Notes: a model not told the origin generated them from the sequence alone. Positions 28,850 to 38,637 are shown, numbered from the stretch's first letter. The stretch: DNA of 64,000 bases from an uncultured Gammaproteobacteria bacterium (GCA_964503265.1 CAZCYO010000001.1:162064-226063); one strand, 5' to 3'. A program made the numbers and translations.

Positions 28850-30448
28850 CTATGAAGTTGATGGCTGTTTGCTTTTAATGAGCTTAATTACTTCACGAAT
28901 ATCGACTGCTTTTGACATAGTTTCAAGCCATCTGTGTTGGTAGAGAGTAAACTGATTTTTCTTAATTGCTTCGTCTAACTCTGTAATTCTTGAACTCCAC
29001 GCTGTCGAGGTGGTATCTAGTTCACCTGATGTGTTACGTGGTAATGCTCTATATCGTTCGTCGTTGCCGTTATTTGCAAACCAAACTGCATCCTCTGATT
29101 TATAATATCCGAGAGAATTCATTGATAAACGCCCTTTATCATGATCCTGGGTACGGAGCCATTCTGTATAAATACCTGGATACTGTCTAAAGGTTGTTAT
29201 CAGTATTTGAGCAATATCGTTATATACTTGTGCTTGTTTTTCTGGATCACTAGATGCGACAGCGCTGAGTGCGATAAGACTAGAATCATCATTCGTAAGT
29301 CTGTTTGCTGCTTCAGTAAATCGATTCACAGGAGGATTGGGATATTTTGTATCAACACCATCTTCTTTTTTTAATCTTTGAGGTACCATTAAATCCCACA
29401 CGTGAGGAATAGCTTCGTCATTTGTATGCCCATTTGGACCTATGAATCGCTGTTGTGTCGTTGGAATAAGACGTCGTATCTCATCGTCACGAATAGTGCT
29501 TAGATCTGTTGGAGGGTTTGGAATAAACCATGAGCCGATTCTTGCTGGATCTACATTCTTGTAGCGTAGATTTTTAAAGATTTCGACTAAGTCGTGATTA
29601 GGTTTTTTGATTTCAGGATCTATCTTTTTCTCATTCAGATACGCTTCATCTGCTACTTCAAGTTTAAGAGGAGAGTTATTTCCGTTAGTCTCTGTCGCAA
29701 CTGGTTTAGTAGTTGGAGTAGTGGCTGGTTTTGCAGAGGCAGTCACTCCTTTACCATCACCATACAAGAATTTGAGGGAGCGAGATTCATCGTTATCTGG
29801 GTTATTTATTTTACCGTCTTTATTTACTGTGTCACATAGTTCTTTCTTTCCCTCGTCTGTTTCTAAGCGTTTTTTGAGGTGAATTTTTTGAGCAAGGATT
29901 TGTCTCGTCTCGTCACCAAGTATCTTTCCAAACCATTCAAAAGCTCCCAGCACGTTTTCAAGTTCTGAAATGTCTTTATATGCATTGAGAATATCAGTGA
30001 CATATGTCGTGTTGCCATTTACCATATCTGCACAAAATCTCGTATAAATTTTCTCTGCATGAGCTTCAGTTAAGTTTGTTACATCAATTCCAAGCACTTT
30101 ATTTAATTCAGTTGCATATTTTTTTCCTTGGTCGGTATTCTTAAAGTAATCTGCGACGTCTTTTGTTTTAAAATGATCAACCATATCTTTTCTCCATGAT
30201 TCAGGAGTGCCTTTGGCAGTTCGTATGCGTTCTTCGTTTGATCTTTGCTGGATAAGGCTATCTGTCAAGGTGGGGTCGAGTGTATCTGGTGTGATGACTG
30301 CTATGTCTCTTTTCTGAGGATTTAAGTTCGAAAAATCTGGACCAGGGAATGCAATTCTTGCTTGAAGAGTGTCTTTTTTCCTAAACGCTGGAATTTCAGG
30401 ATTCTTTTCAACTTCTTTTGGGAGTTGTGTGGGAGTTTCTGCTGACAT
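28850..30448 (-). CDS. large hypothetical protein (532 aa)
   Basis: Long hydrophilic ORF with Thr/Pro-rich linker (PATTPTTKPVATETNGNNSP); no recognisable domain. Confidence 0.45.
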   Translation of the reverse strand: MSAETPTQLPKEVEKNPEIPAFRKKDTLQARIAFPGPDFSNLNPQKRDIAVITPDTLDPTLTDSLIQQRSNEERIRTAKGTPESWRKDMVDHFKTKDVADYFKNTDQGKKYATELNKVLGIDVTNLTEAHAEKIYTRFCADMVNGNTTYVTDILNAYKDISELENVLGAFEWFGKILGDETRQILAQKIHLKKRLETDEGKKELCDTVNKDGKINNPDNDESRSLKFLYGDGKGVTASAKPATTPTTKPVATETNGNNSPLKLEVADEAYLNEKKIDPEIKKPNHDLVEIFKNLRYKNVDPARIGSWFIPNPPTDLSTIRDDEIRRLIPTTQQRFIGPNGHTNDEAIPHVWDLMVPQRLKKEDGVDTKYPNPPVNRFTEAANRLTNDDSSLIALSAVASSDPEKQAQVYNDIAQILITTFRQYPGIYTEWLRTQDHDKGRLSMNSLGYYKSEDAVWFANNGNDERYRALPRNTSGELDTTSTAWSSRITELDEAIKKNQFTLYQHRWLETMSKAVDIREVIKLIKSKQPSTS

Positions 30449-30681
30449 AGATTAACTGTATAAAACTAATATGGGGAAGTCAACAGAACGTGATAGTATT
30501 AAGGGAATGTCACAAAGCGCGCAATTTACATTAGCAGCACTTATCGGGTCAATTATCGGCGGATTTATTCCTGCTTTGTGGGGAGCATCGTTTTTATCTA
30601 CCAGTTCAATTGTTGGAAATGTAATCGGTGGAATTATCGGGATAGGTATAGTGTACAGAATGACTACTGATTTGTAAGAGC

Positions 30682-31092
30682 TTATGTATTATAGATCGCA
30701 GCCGTTCTTTTTATAATTTCAATGAGAATTTTCTCATCTACATCAGAGAGTTTTTTAAATCGTATACAACTTTTTCCGACATTTGCTCCCGGTAGTTTAT
30801 CTTTATATAGCTCTGGCACATACGTACTTCCTTCTGTACCACATGCGTAAAGAGAAATGTAGTTTTTTTGCTTTGCTAAGGCAATAATACACCAGTCTCC
30901 CTCGCGACCACTGGCATACGTATAATGATATGTACCATATCCAATCATTCCTGAAATAATGTATGGTGTAAGATCAGGAACTGTTTTTTGTATGAGGATA
31001 TGTAACTTCTCTATATCTGATTTTGCGGGTTCTTCAAGTAATGCAATATATGCTTCAGGAGAAGCAGCAGTAGTCGATTTAAACATATTCAT
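30682..31092 (-). CDS. hypothetical protein, possibly DUF1801/YdhG-like
   Basis: 136-aa ORF; weak similarity in pattern only. Confidence 0.35.
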   Translation of the reverse strand: MNMFKSTTAASPEAYIALLEEPAKSDIEKLHILIQKTVPDLTPYIISGMIGYGTYHYTYASGREGDWCIIALAKQKNYISLYACGTEGSTYVPELYKDKLPGANVGKSCIRFKKLSDVDEKILIEIIKRTAAIYNT

Positions 31093-31105
31093 AATTATAG
31101 TATAG

Positions 31106-31828
31106 CTAATTCTCCAGCGATTTAAGCATTTTTATTTCAGATGGCGTTAATTTACGATATTTTCCAATAGGTAAATCTCCAAGTACTAGTGGTCCGAATT
31201 GAACGCGTTGCAAATCAAGGAGGACGACCTGTAAGGCTTCACACATTCGTCGGATTTGTCTTTTTTTCCCTTCATGAAGTGTGATTTGAATAATACTATA
31301 TTCTTTATATTTCTTGATAATTTTTACGTCAGCAGGCATTGTTAACCCGTCTTCAAGCATCACGCCTTTTCGTAAAGAATCGAGTTGATGAGGAAGTAAT
31401 ATATGTGCGATTTTCGCTTCGTAGATTTTCGGCACGTGGTATTTCGGATGAATTAGATGGTTTGTCAGCTCTCCGTCATTTGTGAGTAAGATTAGTCCGT
31501 GCGTGTCTTTATCCAGTCTTCCAATTGGAAAAATCCGTACTCGTGTGTTTATAAATGATATGACATTATCTCTCCCATACTCATCAGAGGCTGTAGTGAT
31601 AATACCTTTCGGCTTATTAAGCATGAAATAGTGTAGATCAGGTTTTTTAGGAGGAAGACCATTTATAAGAATTCTATCTTTTTCAGGTGAAATTCTGCTA
31701 CCTGCCTCATCTACCTTTTTACCATTTACAGTAACCGTATTTTGTTTCAGAAATTCATCGACGGCACGACGAGAGCAGGCTCCTGAAGAAGAAAGAAACT
31801 TATCAATTCGAATAGTTATGTCTTTCAA
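31106..31828 (-). CDS. rRNA pseudouridine synthase, RsuA/RluB family (S4 domain + catalytic domain)
   Basis: S4 motif RIDKFLSSSGACSRRAVDEFLKQNTVTVNGKKV; catalytic GRLDKDTHGLILLTNDG; TTG start. Confidence 0.85.
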   Translation of the reverse strand: MKDITIRIDKFLSSSGACSRRAVDEFLKQNTVTVNGKKVDEAGSRISPEKDRILINGLPPKKPDLHYFMLNKPKGIITTASDEYGRDNVISFINTRVRIFPIGRLDKDTHGLILLTNDGELTNHLIHPKYHVPKIYEAKIAHILLPHQLDSLRKGVMLEDGLTMPADVKIIKKYKEYSIIQITLHEGKKRQIRRMCEALQVVLLDLQRVQFGPLVLGDLPIGKYRKLTPSEIKMLKSLEN

Positions 31829-31943
31829 AGTAAGGGGAAATTATATCATGAGATTAATAAAAAATCGCTCATCAGTCAAGGGATATAGGATTTAGTTATT
31901 GCATTTCGATTTATACTCTGTTACATTTTTCATAACCTACTAT

Positions 31944-32888
31944 ATGGCAGATCAAAAGAAAATTATGGTGACCGGAGCATTCGGTCAAATCGGTTCAGAG
32001 CTTGTTCCAGCACTCCAAGCACAGTATGGAAAAGAAAATGTAATCGCTGTGGGACATAAAAATATTCCTGAAGAATTTGAAGGAATTGTTGAGACGCTTG
32101 AGATAAATGATCATGCTGCAGTCACCTCAGTCATTGAAAAACATCAAATAAATACAATGTATCATCTCGTTTCACTTCTCTCTGCTCGCGGTGAAGTCGA
32201 TCCATCACTCACTTGGAAAATTAATATGGATGGCCTGAAGTCTGTTCTGGATCTCGCAGTTGAAAAGAATATGCAGATGTTCTGGCCTTCATCAATCGCT
32301 GCATTCGGTCCTAGTACTCCGGCAGATAACACTCCACAGCGAACAGTACTTGAGCCAACTACCATGTATGGTGTCACGAAGGTCTCAGGAGAGCTGATGG
32401 CTCAATATTATCATTTAAAATACGGACTTGATATTAGAAGTGTTCGCTATCCTGGAATTATTAGTTGGAAGCAGGAACCTGCTGGTGGAACGACAGATTA
32501 TGCAGTTGCTGTATTCTATGAAGCACTTCGAAAAGGGTCATACGAATTCTTTGTTCGAGAAGATACTGTTCTGCCCATGATGTATATGGACGATGCTGTT
32601 CGTGCGACGATCGGGCTTATGGAGGCAGATCCGAGTAATTTAACTGTTCGAACAAGTTATAACATCGCTGCTATTAGTTTTAAAGCTTCAGAACTTGCTG
32701 CTGAGATTAAAAAAAGAATGCCACTTGAAGTCACCTATGCACCTGATCATAGACAGAAGATCGCTGATTCCTGGCCGAAATCACTTGATGATTCAACTGC
32801 GAGAAGTGACTGGGGATGGAAGCATGAATTTGATTTGGTTAAAATGACGGATGTGATGCTTGAAAACCTCACGAAGAAACTTAAGTAG
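31944..32888 (+). CDS. tdh: NAD-dependent epimerase/dehydratase-family L-threonine 3-dehydrogenase (SDR-type TDH)
   Basis: Rossmann MVTGAFGQIGSEL, YxxxK (YGVTK); adjacent kbl gene supports the tdh assignment; ATG at 31944 preferred over the ORF-track TTG at 31899. Confidence 0.55.
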   Translation: MADQKKIMVTGAFGQIGSELVPALQAQYGKENVIAVGHKNIPEEFEGIVETLEINDHAAVTSVIEKHQINTMYHLVSLLSARGEVDPSLTWKINMDGLKSVLDLAVEKNMQMFWPSSIAAFGPSTPADNTPQRTVLEPTTMYGVTKVSGELMAQYYHLKYGLDIRSVRYPGIISWKQEPAGGTTDYAVAVFYEALRKGSYEFFVREDTVLPMMYMDDAVRATIGLMEADPSNLTVRTSYNIAAISFKASELAAEIKKRMPLEVTYAPDHRQKIADSWPKSLDDSTARSDWGWKHEFDLVKMTDVMLENLTKKLK

Positions 32889-32891
32889 TAT

Positions 32892-33016
32892 TTGTCATCC
32901 TGGAATCCCGAAGATCATCGGGATGGATAGGATCTCATAAAGTGGGATTCTATCGCTTTGCTCCAGAATGACAGTAGGAATTATCTAATAGATTCCCGAT
33001 CAGGTCGGGAATGACA
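32892..33016. mobile_element. full-length (~125 bp) MITE/RPE-like element with TTGTCATCC ... GGAATGACAA termini and two tcccga-N-tcggga hairpins
   Basis: Left TTGTCATCCtggaATCCCGAagatcaTCGGGAT; internal segment homologous to the ileS-internal copy; right end agatTCCCGAtcaggTCGGGAATGACAA; lies in the tdh-kbl intergenic region. Confidence 0.55.
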
Positions 33017-33043
33017 AACTAGACCCAGTATTTTAAATAAAGT

Positions 33044-34300
33044 ATGGCGAAACAAACTTTTATTGACTCATTAATAGCTGAAGTGGCTCGAATTGACGGG
33101 GCTGGGGTAGCGAAACGTAATGAAGTTATTATTGAAGGGTTTACTTCGGATCATGCCCCTCAGGCGATTATAGATGGTAAAAATTACCGAATATTTAATT
33201 CAAATGATTATTTAGGGCTCCGACTTTCTCCTGAACTTGCTAAAGCAGAGGAAGAAGCGACAGAGAAATATGGTGTGGGTCCTGGTGCTGTTCGATTTAT
33301 TTCAGGGACATTACAAGTTTATAAAGATCTAGAAGCTGCTGTGGCGAAATTTCATGGGAGGGACGATGCGATGGTCTTTTCATCTGCATTTGCGGCAAAT
33401 ATCGCAGTTTTGTCATGTTTTTTAAATAAACAAAGCAGAGATTCTGTCATGTCAGATAGTGTGGCTGTTATTTCAGATGAATTAAATCACCGAAGTATTA
33501 TCGATGGTGTACGTACTGCGAGCATTGAGAAAACGCAGAAATTTATTTATCGACATCTCGATTTTACGCATTTGGCTGAAGTGCTTGAAGCAAATAAAGG
33601 TAATTTCAAACGTGCTGTTGTCGTAACCGACGGGATATTTAGTATGATCGGGGAATATACGGATCTTAAGAAATTAAAAGAAGTGACAGATCGGTATGAT
33701 AGTGAATATGAAGAGGGAGTAATGGTAGTTGTGGATGATAGTCATGGTGTTGGGGCATTTGGTCCAACCGGTCGTGGATGTGAGGATGTTACAAATACAA
33801 AAGTAGATATCGTGGTAGGGACATTTGGAAAAGCATTTGGGTGTGATGGAGGATATGTGGTTGGCGATCAAGCGTTTATGGATTATCTTCGCGAATCAGC
33901 TGCTACATATATTTACTCTAATTCTGTTTCACCTGGAGTTGCTGGGTCAGCACTCGCATCAGTCACGACTGTGGCTAGTGAAAAAGGGAAAGAATTACTT
34001 AGTACACTTCAGAAAAATATCGCTCTTTTTAAAGAAGAAATCGCGAAAACGAAATTTGAATTTGCTGCGCAGTCGATACATCCTATTCAACCAGTGCTAA
34101 TAGGTGATGCGATGAAAACGAAAGAACTTAAAAAAGCATTATTTGACCGTGGTATACTCGTTACAAATATTAATTATCCAGTAGTTGCAAAAGGGAGAGA
34201 TGAAATTCGAGTACAAATTAACGCTTCTCATTCAGAGGAAGATATACGATTTTTTGTACAGCAATTGACAGCCGCTGGACGTGAAATGGGCCTCATATAA
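33044..34300 (+). CDS. kbl: glycine C-acetyltransferase (2-amino-3-ketobutyrate CoA ligase), class II PLP aminotransferase
   Basis: NYLGL, VRFISGT, PLP-lysine region GTFGKAFGCDGGYV; synteny with tdh. Confidence 0.7.
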   Translation: MAKQTFIDSLIAEVARIDGAGVAKRNEVIIEGFTSDHAPQAIIDGKNYRIFNSNDYLGLRLSPELAKAEEEATEKYGVGPGAVRFISGTLQVYKDLEAAVAKFHGRDDAMVFSSAFAANIAVLSCFLNKQSRDSVMSDSVAVISDELNHRSIIDGVRTASIEKTQKFIYRHLDFTHLAEVLEANKGNFKRAVVVTDGIFSMIGEYTDLKKLKEVTDRYDSEYEEGVMVVVDDSHGVGAFGPTGRGCEDVTNTKVDIVVGTFGKAFGCDGGYVVGDQAFMDYLRESAATYIYSNSVSPGVAGSALASVTTVASEKGKELLSTLQKNIALFKEEIAKTKFEFAAQSIHPIQPVLIGDAMKTKELKKALFDRGILVTNINYPVVAKGRDEIRVQINASHSEEDIRFFVQQLTAAGREMGLI

Positions 34301-34413
34301 AGATTCCTTCATGTTGCATTTAGTTATATAAATCAGTAATATACAAAAGATTAATTTGTAGGATATTTTCCTCTTTTTCATGCCTTTCCTGTCCAATAGT
34401 ATGAGTTTTTTTT

Positions 34414-36009
34414 ATGGAACAGGAATCTTTGCAGCTTATTGTTAAAAAAAATCCCCTTTGGTTTGACCTGTTGCTTCCTTTTTACATCGTTGTTAGCTTA
34501 TGGTACTTAATATGGATTTATGCATTATCACTTGATTGGTATACATGGTTTGCTGTACCACTGTTTACGGCAGAGATTTATCGAATTTGGTTTTCAATTA
34601 CATCACTTATTACAGCGCGTGTTCTGGCATGCCCTAAAAAAATTGATGCACCCACAACCATTTCTGTGGATGTTCTTATTCCGACACTTAATGAACCATT
34701 TGAAGTACTGGGAAAAACCATTGATGGAGCGATGAATATACGAGGTATTAAGAAGGTACTTGTGTTAGATGATGGAAAAAGGGAATGGGTTGAAGCGTAC
34801 TGTCAAGATATTGGAGCTATCTACTTAGCACGAGGAACAAATGTTCACGCTAAAGCGGGTAATTTAAATTTTGGGTTAAAACATTCTACAGCTGATTTTT
34901 TAATTACCCTTGATGCTGATCATATTCCAGAACCAGATTTTATCGAAAAAACTGCGGGATATTTTCATGATCCAAAACTCGCATTTATTCAAACTCCTCA
35001 AACATTTTATAACCTGGATAGTTTTCAGCACAGATCTGTTAAATCGTATCCACTGTGGAATGAGCAATCGATGTTTTATGATTCGATTCAACCGGCAAAA
35101 AATATATTTAATGCTGCGTTCTTTTGTGGAAGTAGTGCAATTATCAGACGAAGTGCACTCGATAGTATCGGAGGATTTGCGACAGGTACTGCAACAGAAG
35201 ATATTCATACAGCAATTCGAATTCATAGTAAAGGATGGAAGTCACTATTCCTTTCAGATGTACTTGCTCGAGGACTTGCACCAGCTGATCTTAAGGAATA
35301 CCATAAACAGCGAGTGCGCTGGGGTGCTGGTTCACTGGGACTACTTCTCCGTACAAAAGACTCACCACTTTTAATCCGAGGGCTTTCTCCAATGCAGAGA
35401 ATTTGTTATGTAAATTCAACTCTCGCATATGCTCAGGGACACGTGAAGTTATTTTACTGGATTTTGCCGATCATTATTATTTTTGCCGGGCATAATCCAT
35501 TTCGAATACCATTTCTTATTTTCTTAAGTATTTATCTTCCATATTTTTGGTTTTCCATCTGGATGACGAAATTATATTCACGCAATTCTTATCATCCGAT
35601 GTATACAGAACAGTATAATATCGCGAATATTTTTTCTAATTTAGTGGCTCTTAAAGGCGTTATTCGAGTACAGAAAAAATTTGCTGTATCGATAAAACTT
35701 AAAAAGAAACAAGAAAATTCATTTATCATAAAAGCGATGACTGGAATTGCATTAACGATGATTGGGGCTGAAGGATATGGATTATATTATTGGTATGCGC
35801 AGTATCATTTTTCAATTGAGAAACTTCTAAGTGATACGATCGTTTCTGGTATGTTTTGGAATTTGTTCAATCTTTTTTTCTTGCTTTCATTCTTAAAATT
35901 TGTGTATCAATTTAATAAACAAAAACAATTTCTGCATGAGGAAAAAAGGGAATTACAAACTGAAAATGTTACTTCTTTTAATCATGCTTCTCTTCAAATA
36001 AACCCATAG
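34414..36009 (+). CDS. processive GT2 beta-glycan synthase (cellulose synthase catalytic subunit BcsA-like)
   Basis: D (VLDDGK), DxD (LDADH), TED (TATEDIHT) and QxxRW (QRVRWGAG) motifs, N- and C-terminal TM bundles. Confidence 0.8.
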   Translation: MEQESLQLIVKKNPLWFDLLLPFYIVVSLWYLIWIYALSLDWYTWFAVPLFTAEIYRIWFSITSLITARVLACPKKIDAPTTISVDVLIPTLNEPFEVLGKTIDGAMNIRGIKKVLVLDDGKREWVEAYCQDIGAIYLARGTNVHAKAGNLNFGLKHSTADFLITLDADHIPEPDFIEKTAGYFHDPKLAFIQTPQTFYNLDSFQHRSVKSYPLWNEQSMFYDSIQPAKNIFNAAFFCGSSAIIRRSALDSIGGFATGTATEDIHTAIRIHSKGWKSLFLSDVLARGLAPADLKEYHKQRVRWGAGSLGLLLRTKDSPLLIRGLSPMQRICYVNSTLAYAQGHVKLFYWILPIIIIFAGHNPFRIPFLIFLSIYLPYFWFSIWMTKLYSRNSYHPMYTEQYNIANIFSNLVALKGVIRVQKKFAVSIKLKKKQENSFIIKAMTGIALTMIGAEGYGLYYWYAQYHFSIEKLLSDTIVSGMFWNLFNLFFLLSFLKFVYQFNKQKQFLHEEKRELQTENVTSFNHASLQINP

Positions 36010-36027
36010 TTTAATTTCCTCTTCACA

Positions 36028-36038
36028 TTTGGTATACT
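36028..36038 (+). promoter_or_regulatory. module 0 promoter: extended -10 TTGGTATACT
   Basis: TGnTATACT directly after the GT2 stop; the same ttcctcacatttg-type context is seen at the module C promoter. Confidence 0.5.
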
Positions 36039-36069
36039 CTCGCCATGTCTTTCACATTCTCGTGGAAGA

Positions 36070-36080
36070 GCACTTTTACA
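36070..36080 (+). promoter_or_regulatory. module 0 leader box (GCACTTTTACA, variant of GCACGTTTACA)
   Basis: One-mismatch copy of the box conserved in all five tandem modules. Confidence 0.45.
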
Positions 36081-36115
36081 TTGTTACGATGCCTACAAGG
36101 CAGAAAGGATCTGTA

Positions 36116-36607
36116 ATGGACCTATCTCGTTTGTTCTGGGTAAACCTTTTCGGTATGATGATGAGTACGGTACTCGTGTTAGAGTACCATTTCCTTGTCC
36201 AAGACCGAGGTAGTCGGGGCGTGAAGTCCGTGGCGACAGCAGGAGTACTATTCATGCTTGTTCCACAAACAGTCATGGACTGCTTCTTCGTATATAACTC
36301 AGTACTTATTTATCCACTGAACTTTTTCTATAGCATAATGGGCATACTCGCCTTTTTTTTGGCAGCAATGCTAGTGAGTTCGCTCACACCAAAGCGGTTT
36401 CATGTATACCTTCTCCCACTCCATGCACTTCTCATAGTTGCAGGATGTGTAGAGATGGTAGCTATTCCTATCACCGCTTATGCAGTACAGCATGCTAGAG
36501 GAATAGAAATGTTCTTCTTTGTCGCGCTGGCAAGTATCGTCATACCTGTCGGTTCTATCATAGGGGTCACATCGCTCATGCTTCCGAAATACGGAGGCAC
36601 ACACTAA
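36116..36607 (+). CDS. island module 0: polytopic membrane protein (163 aa, ~4-5 TM)
   Basis: SD AAAGGA 6 nt before ATG at 36116 (ORF-track start 36029 is TTG inside the promoter); GC-rich codons. Confidence 0.55.
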   Translation: MDLSRLFWVNLFGMMMSTVLVLEYHFLVQDRGSRGVKSVATAGVLFMLVPQTVMDCFFVYNSVLIYPLNFFYSIMGILAFFLAAMLVSSLTPKRFHVYLLPLHALLIVAGCVEMVAIPITAYAVQHARGIEMFFFVALASIVIPVGSIIGVTSLMLPKYGGTH

Positions 36608-36622
36608 CATGCAGGAGGAGTC

Positions 36623-36883
36623 ATGCGAAAAGAACTCAGTGACATGAATCGACGGCAATTGGGTCGTCGAGTTCGGCGTTACAATCAGGTGTGCAAGGTG
36701 CTTATTCGAGCATTTGCGTACTTGGAAGTAACAGATGCCTACAAGCTCTTTCAGTGCGAAGTCGCTTCCTTTAGGAGGGACATTCGCAAGAAGAGGAAGT
36801 ACCCAACGGGTGTTCTGCGGACGCGAGTTATCAGGGTGCATGAGCGTTTGCAAGCGGTTGTGAAGCTCACGCACCGAGTATAA
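36623..36883 (+). CDS. island module 0: small highly basic protein (86 aa, Arg/Lys-rich, nucleic-acid-binding-like)
   Basis: SD AGGAGG before ATG; RRQLGRRVRRYNQ ... KKRKYPTGVLRTRVIRVHERL. Confidence 0.55.
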   Translation: MRKELSDMNRRQLGRRVRRYNQVCKVLIRAFAYLEVTDAYKLFQCEVASFRRDIRKKRKYPTGVLRTRVIRVHERLQAVVKLTHRV

Positions 36884-36892
36884 GGAGGTCTC

Positions 36893-37168
36893 ATGGCTGA
36901 TAGGCAGTTTCAAGGATTGACCCGAGTTCAACTCGCTGGGATCGCATGGAACATGCGTGGAATCATGGATATTCTCAACTCAGGACCGGATCTCGATGTG
37001 TCATTTCACCTCGTCTGGTTCTACCGTGAGCTTGAGAACTTCACAACTATGTTTAATTCACAAGAAGACGTTGAGACGCTTCGTCTTCAACTGTGCGTGG
37101 TGTATCAGGAGATGCACGGCTTCATATCTGTAGGAGGAGATGAAGTATCATCTACTGTTCAGTCGTAA
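36893..37168 (+). CDS. island module 0: small soluble protein (91 aa)
   Basis: SD AAGGAGG before ATG; followed by structured terminator. Confidence 0.55.
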   Translation: MADRQFQGLTRVQLAGIAWNMRGIMDILNSGPDLDVSFHLVWFYRELENFTTMFNSQEDVETLRLQLCVVYQEMHGFISVGGDEVSSTVQS

Positions 37169-37177
37169 CAATATCTA

Positions 37178-37290
37178 TAAGCACCGTCGCGGTGTAACCG
37201 AGCAGTGATCCTTACTTCTGGACAATGGCGTCCATGAGGCGAGAACTCAGCTTCGGTTGCATAAACCAAAGCGGTGCTTTCTCGTTTTAG
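37178..37290 (+). terminator. module 0 structured terminator: AAGCACCG ... CGGTGCTT closing stem enclosing ~85 nt, then TCTCGTTTTAG
   Basis: Same GCACC/GGTGC closing helix with covarying flanks is found after modules A-D. Confidence 0.55.
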
Positions 37291-37359
37291 AATGATATAT
37301 TTCGAAATATTCCACAATAATCTTCATTACATTATAATCCCATAGCTTGTAAATTTTAC

Positions 37360-37374
37360 TTTTTTTGTTATACT
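37360..37374 (+). promoter_or_regulatory. module A promoter: T-tract + extended -10 TGTTATACT
   Basis: ttttttTGtTATACT. Confidence 0.5.
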
Positions 37375-37437
37375 CCAGTTTATATCTAAACATATGTAGA
37401 CTAATACCTGTCTATAGTAGGTTTATTTATGCTCATA

Positions 37438-37448
37438 GCACGTTTACA
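37438..37448 (+). promoter_or_regulatory. module A leader box GCACGTTTACA
   Basis: Exact copy of conserved 11-mer, ~65 nt downstream of -10. Confidence 0.5.
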
Positions 37449-37546
37449 GTACGGAAAAGTGATTCAATTAGGAACTCTTTATTTCATATCTATAGAGATA
37501 TGAGGTATGGGGTTCCTATTTTGGAACCGAATCGAGGAGGGTCAGC

Positions 37547-38020
37547 ATGGCTATCCAGATTCCCGACCCAGCTTTGGGAGCCTGGTTTTTTCCAGAAAAC
37601 GCCCCGATTCCTATGGAGTTCGTCTCTGATAACTTCGCACTTCGCATCAGCAAAGGCGGCCGTAAGGTTGTCGTTGGCGAGGTTACGATCATCGATGCGA
37701 TCAAGATGTGTATGTATACCGTCCGGATGGAGAATGGCTTGCCAGTTGCTTATTGGCAAGCTGTGCAAAGTGATCCCGATGCGAAGTTGACCCTTGGCCT
37801 GGCGCCACTGGGTGAAAAGAGGGAGGTAACTCCGAAGGAGCGCAGGAGGATGAATTTCCTTCTGCATAACGCGGCAGGGTGCAATTGTGTGCCGTTTCCT
37901 GGCGATGTGACCATCTTCTGGCGCACGGCGCTGGACATGTGCGCGTCTCCCAATAGTCAGAGGCATACGCCTCGGCGCCAGATGACCAAGGTCAGTCCGC
38001 GAAAAGCTCACAAGCGCTAA
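37547..38020 (+). CDS. island module A: hypothetical protein (157 aa) with basic C-terminal tail
   Basis: SD GAGGAGG before ATG; ~165-nt leader containing a ggttcc/ggaacc hairpin. Confidence 0.55.
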   Translation: MAIQIPDPALGAWFFPENAPIPMEFVSDNFALRISKGGRKVVVGEVTIIDAIKMCMYTVRMENGLPVAYWQAVQSDPDAKLTLGLAPLGEKREVTPKERRRMNFLLHNAAGCNCVPFPGDVTIFWRTALDMCASPNSQRHTPRRQMTKVSPRKAHKR

Positions 38021-38060
38021 GCCTCTCACTTCTCACACCATTCCGTACTCTCGTGCCTAC

Positions 38061-38145
38061 GCACCCTCGAATCAGTGATGATTCATTCGCCATGTGGCGG
38101 ATTCTTAGTGACAACGATGTCACAACGAGAGGGTGCATTACCATT
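38061..38145 (+). terminator. module A structured terminator: GCACCCTC ... GAGGGTGC closing stem, weak U-tract
   Basis: Covariant version of the GCACC/GGTGC helix; encloses a gtgaca/tgtcac hairpin. Confidence 0.45.
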
Positions 38146-38174
38146 TAAATAACCCATAGTTCTACTTTAATTCC

Positions 38175-38188
38175 TTTTTTGCTATACT
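38175..38188 (+). promoter_or_regulatory. module B promoter: T-tract + extended -10 TGCTATACT
   Basis: ttttttGCTATACT. Confidence 0.5.
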
Positions 38189-38226
38189 TCGCTTACGTCA
38201 TACTAAGAAAAAATCTTAGTGTGCTC

Positions 38227-38237
38227 GCACGTTTACA
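38227..38237 (+). promoter_or_regulatory. module B leader box (TC)GCACGTTTACA
   Basis: Exact 13-mer TCGCACGTTTACA. Confidence 0.5.
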
Positions 38238-38268
38238 TCTTTCGTATTGTGTCAGAAGAAAGGAGTCT

Positions 38269-38619
38269 ATGATGCTACCACATCCTCATGACTATGGACG
38301 AATTCAACTGCGAGCAGTATTTTCCCTGCAACGTTCACCAACTGGTGAAACTCTCATTGAAGAGGGCGACTACCGGCTGGTCAAGCATTTGCCATGTGGC
38401 CATCCATTTAAGACGATGGCACTAGCAATTATGCTTAACCTCGGATCGTACAAGATCTGGGAACTACGTGCTCTCATAGAGCATATAGAGAGAAAGGAGA
38501 GCGTTGGCATCGAAAGTATCTTTGGCGAACTAATCACCTGTGTGAGATGCCGTGAGGCATTTCTTCACCTCGTGACTGGGTTCATGGATGCACTCATCGC
38601 AATGGGCGAAGAGAGCTAA
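38269..38619 (+). CDS. island module B: soluble protein (116 aa) with Cys/His cluster (CGHP ... CVRC)
   Basis: SD AAAGGAG before ATG at 38269 (ORF-track 38179 start lies in the promoter). Confidence 0.55.
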   Translation: MMLPHPHDYGRIQLRAVFSLQRSPTGETLIEEGDYRLVKHLPCGHPFKTMALAIMLNLGSYKIWELRALIEHIERKESVGIESIFGELITCVRCREAFLHLVTGFMDALIAMGEES

Positions 38620-38637
38620 AACAAAGGAGGCTGTGTC

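Noticed and set aside
30471-30677. 68-aa glycine-zipper ORF 30471..30677
   Set aside because: Plausible small membrane peptide (GxxxG repeats) but no promoter/SD/terminator evidence and no paralogs; too weak to annotate.
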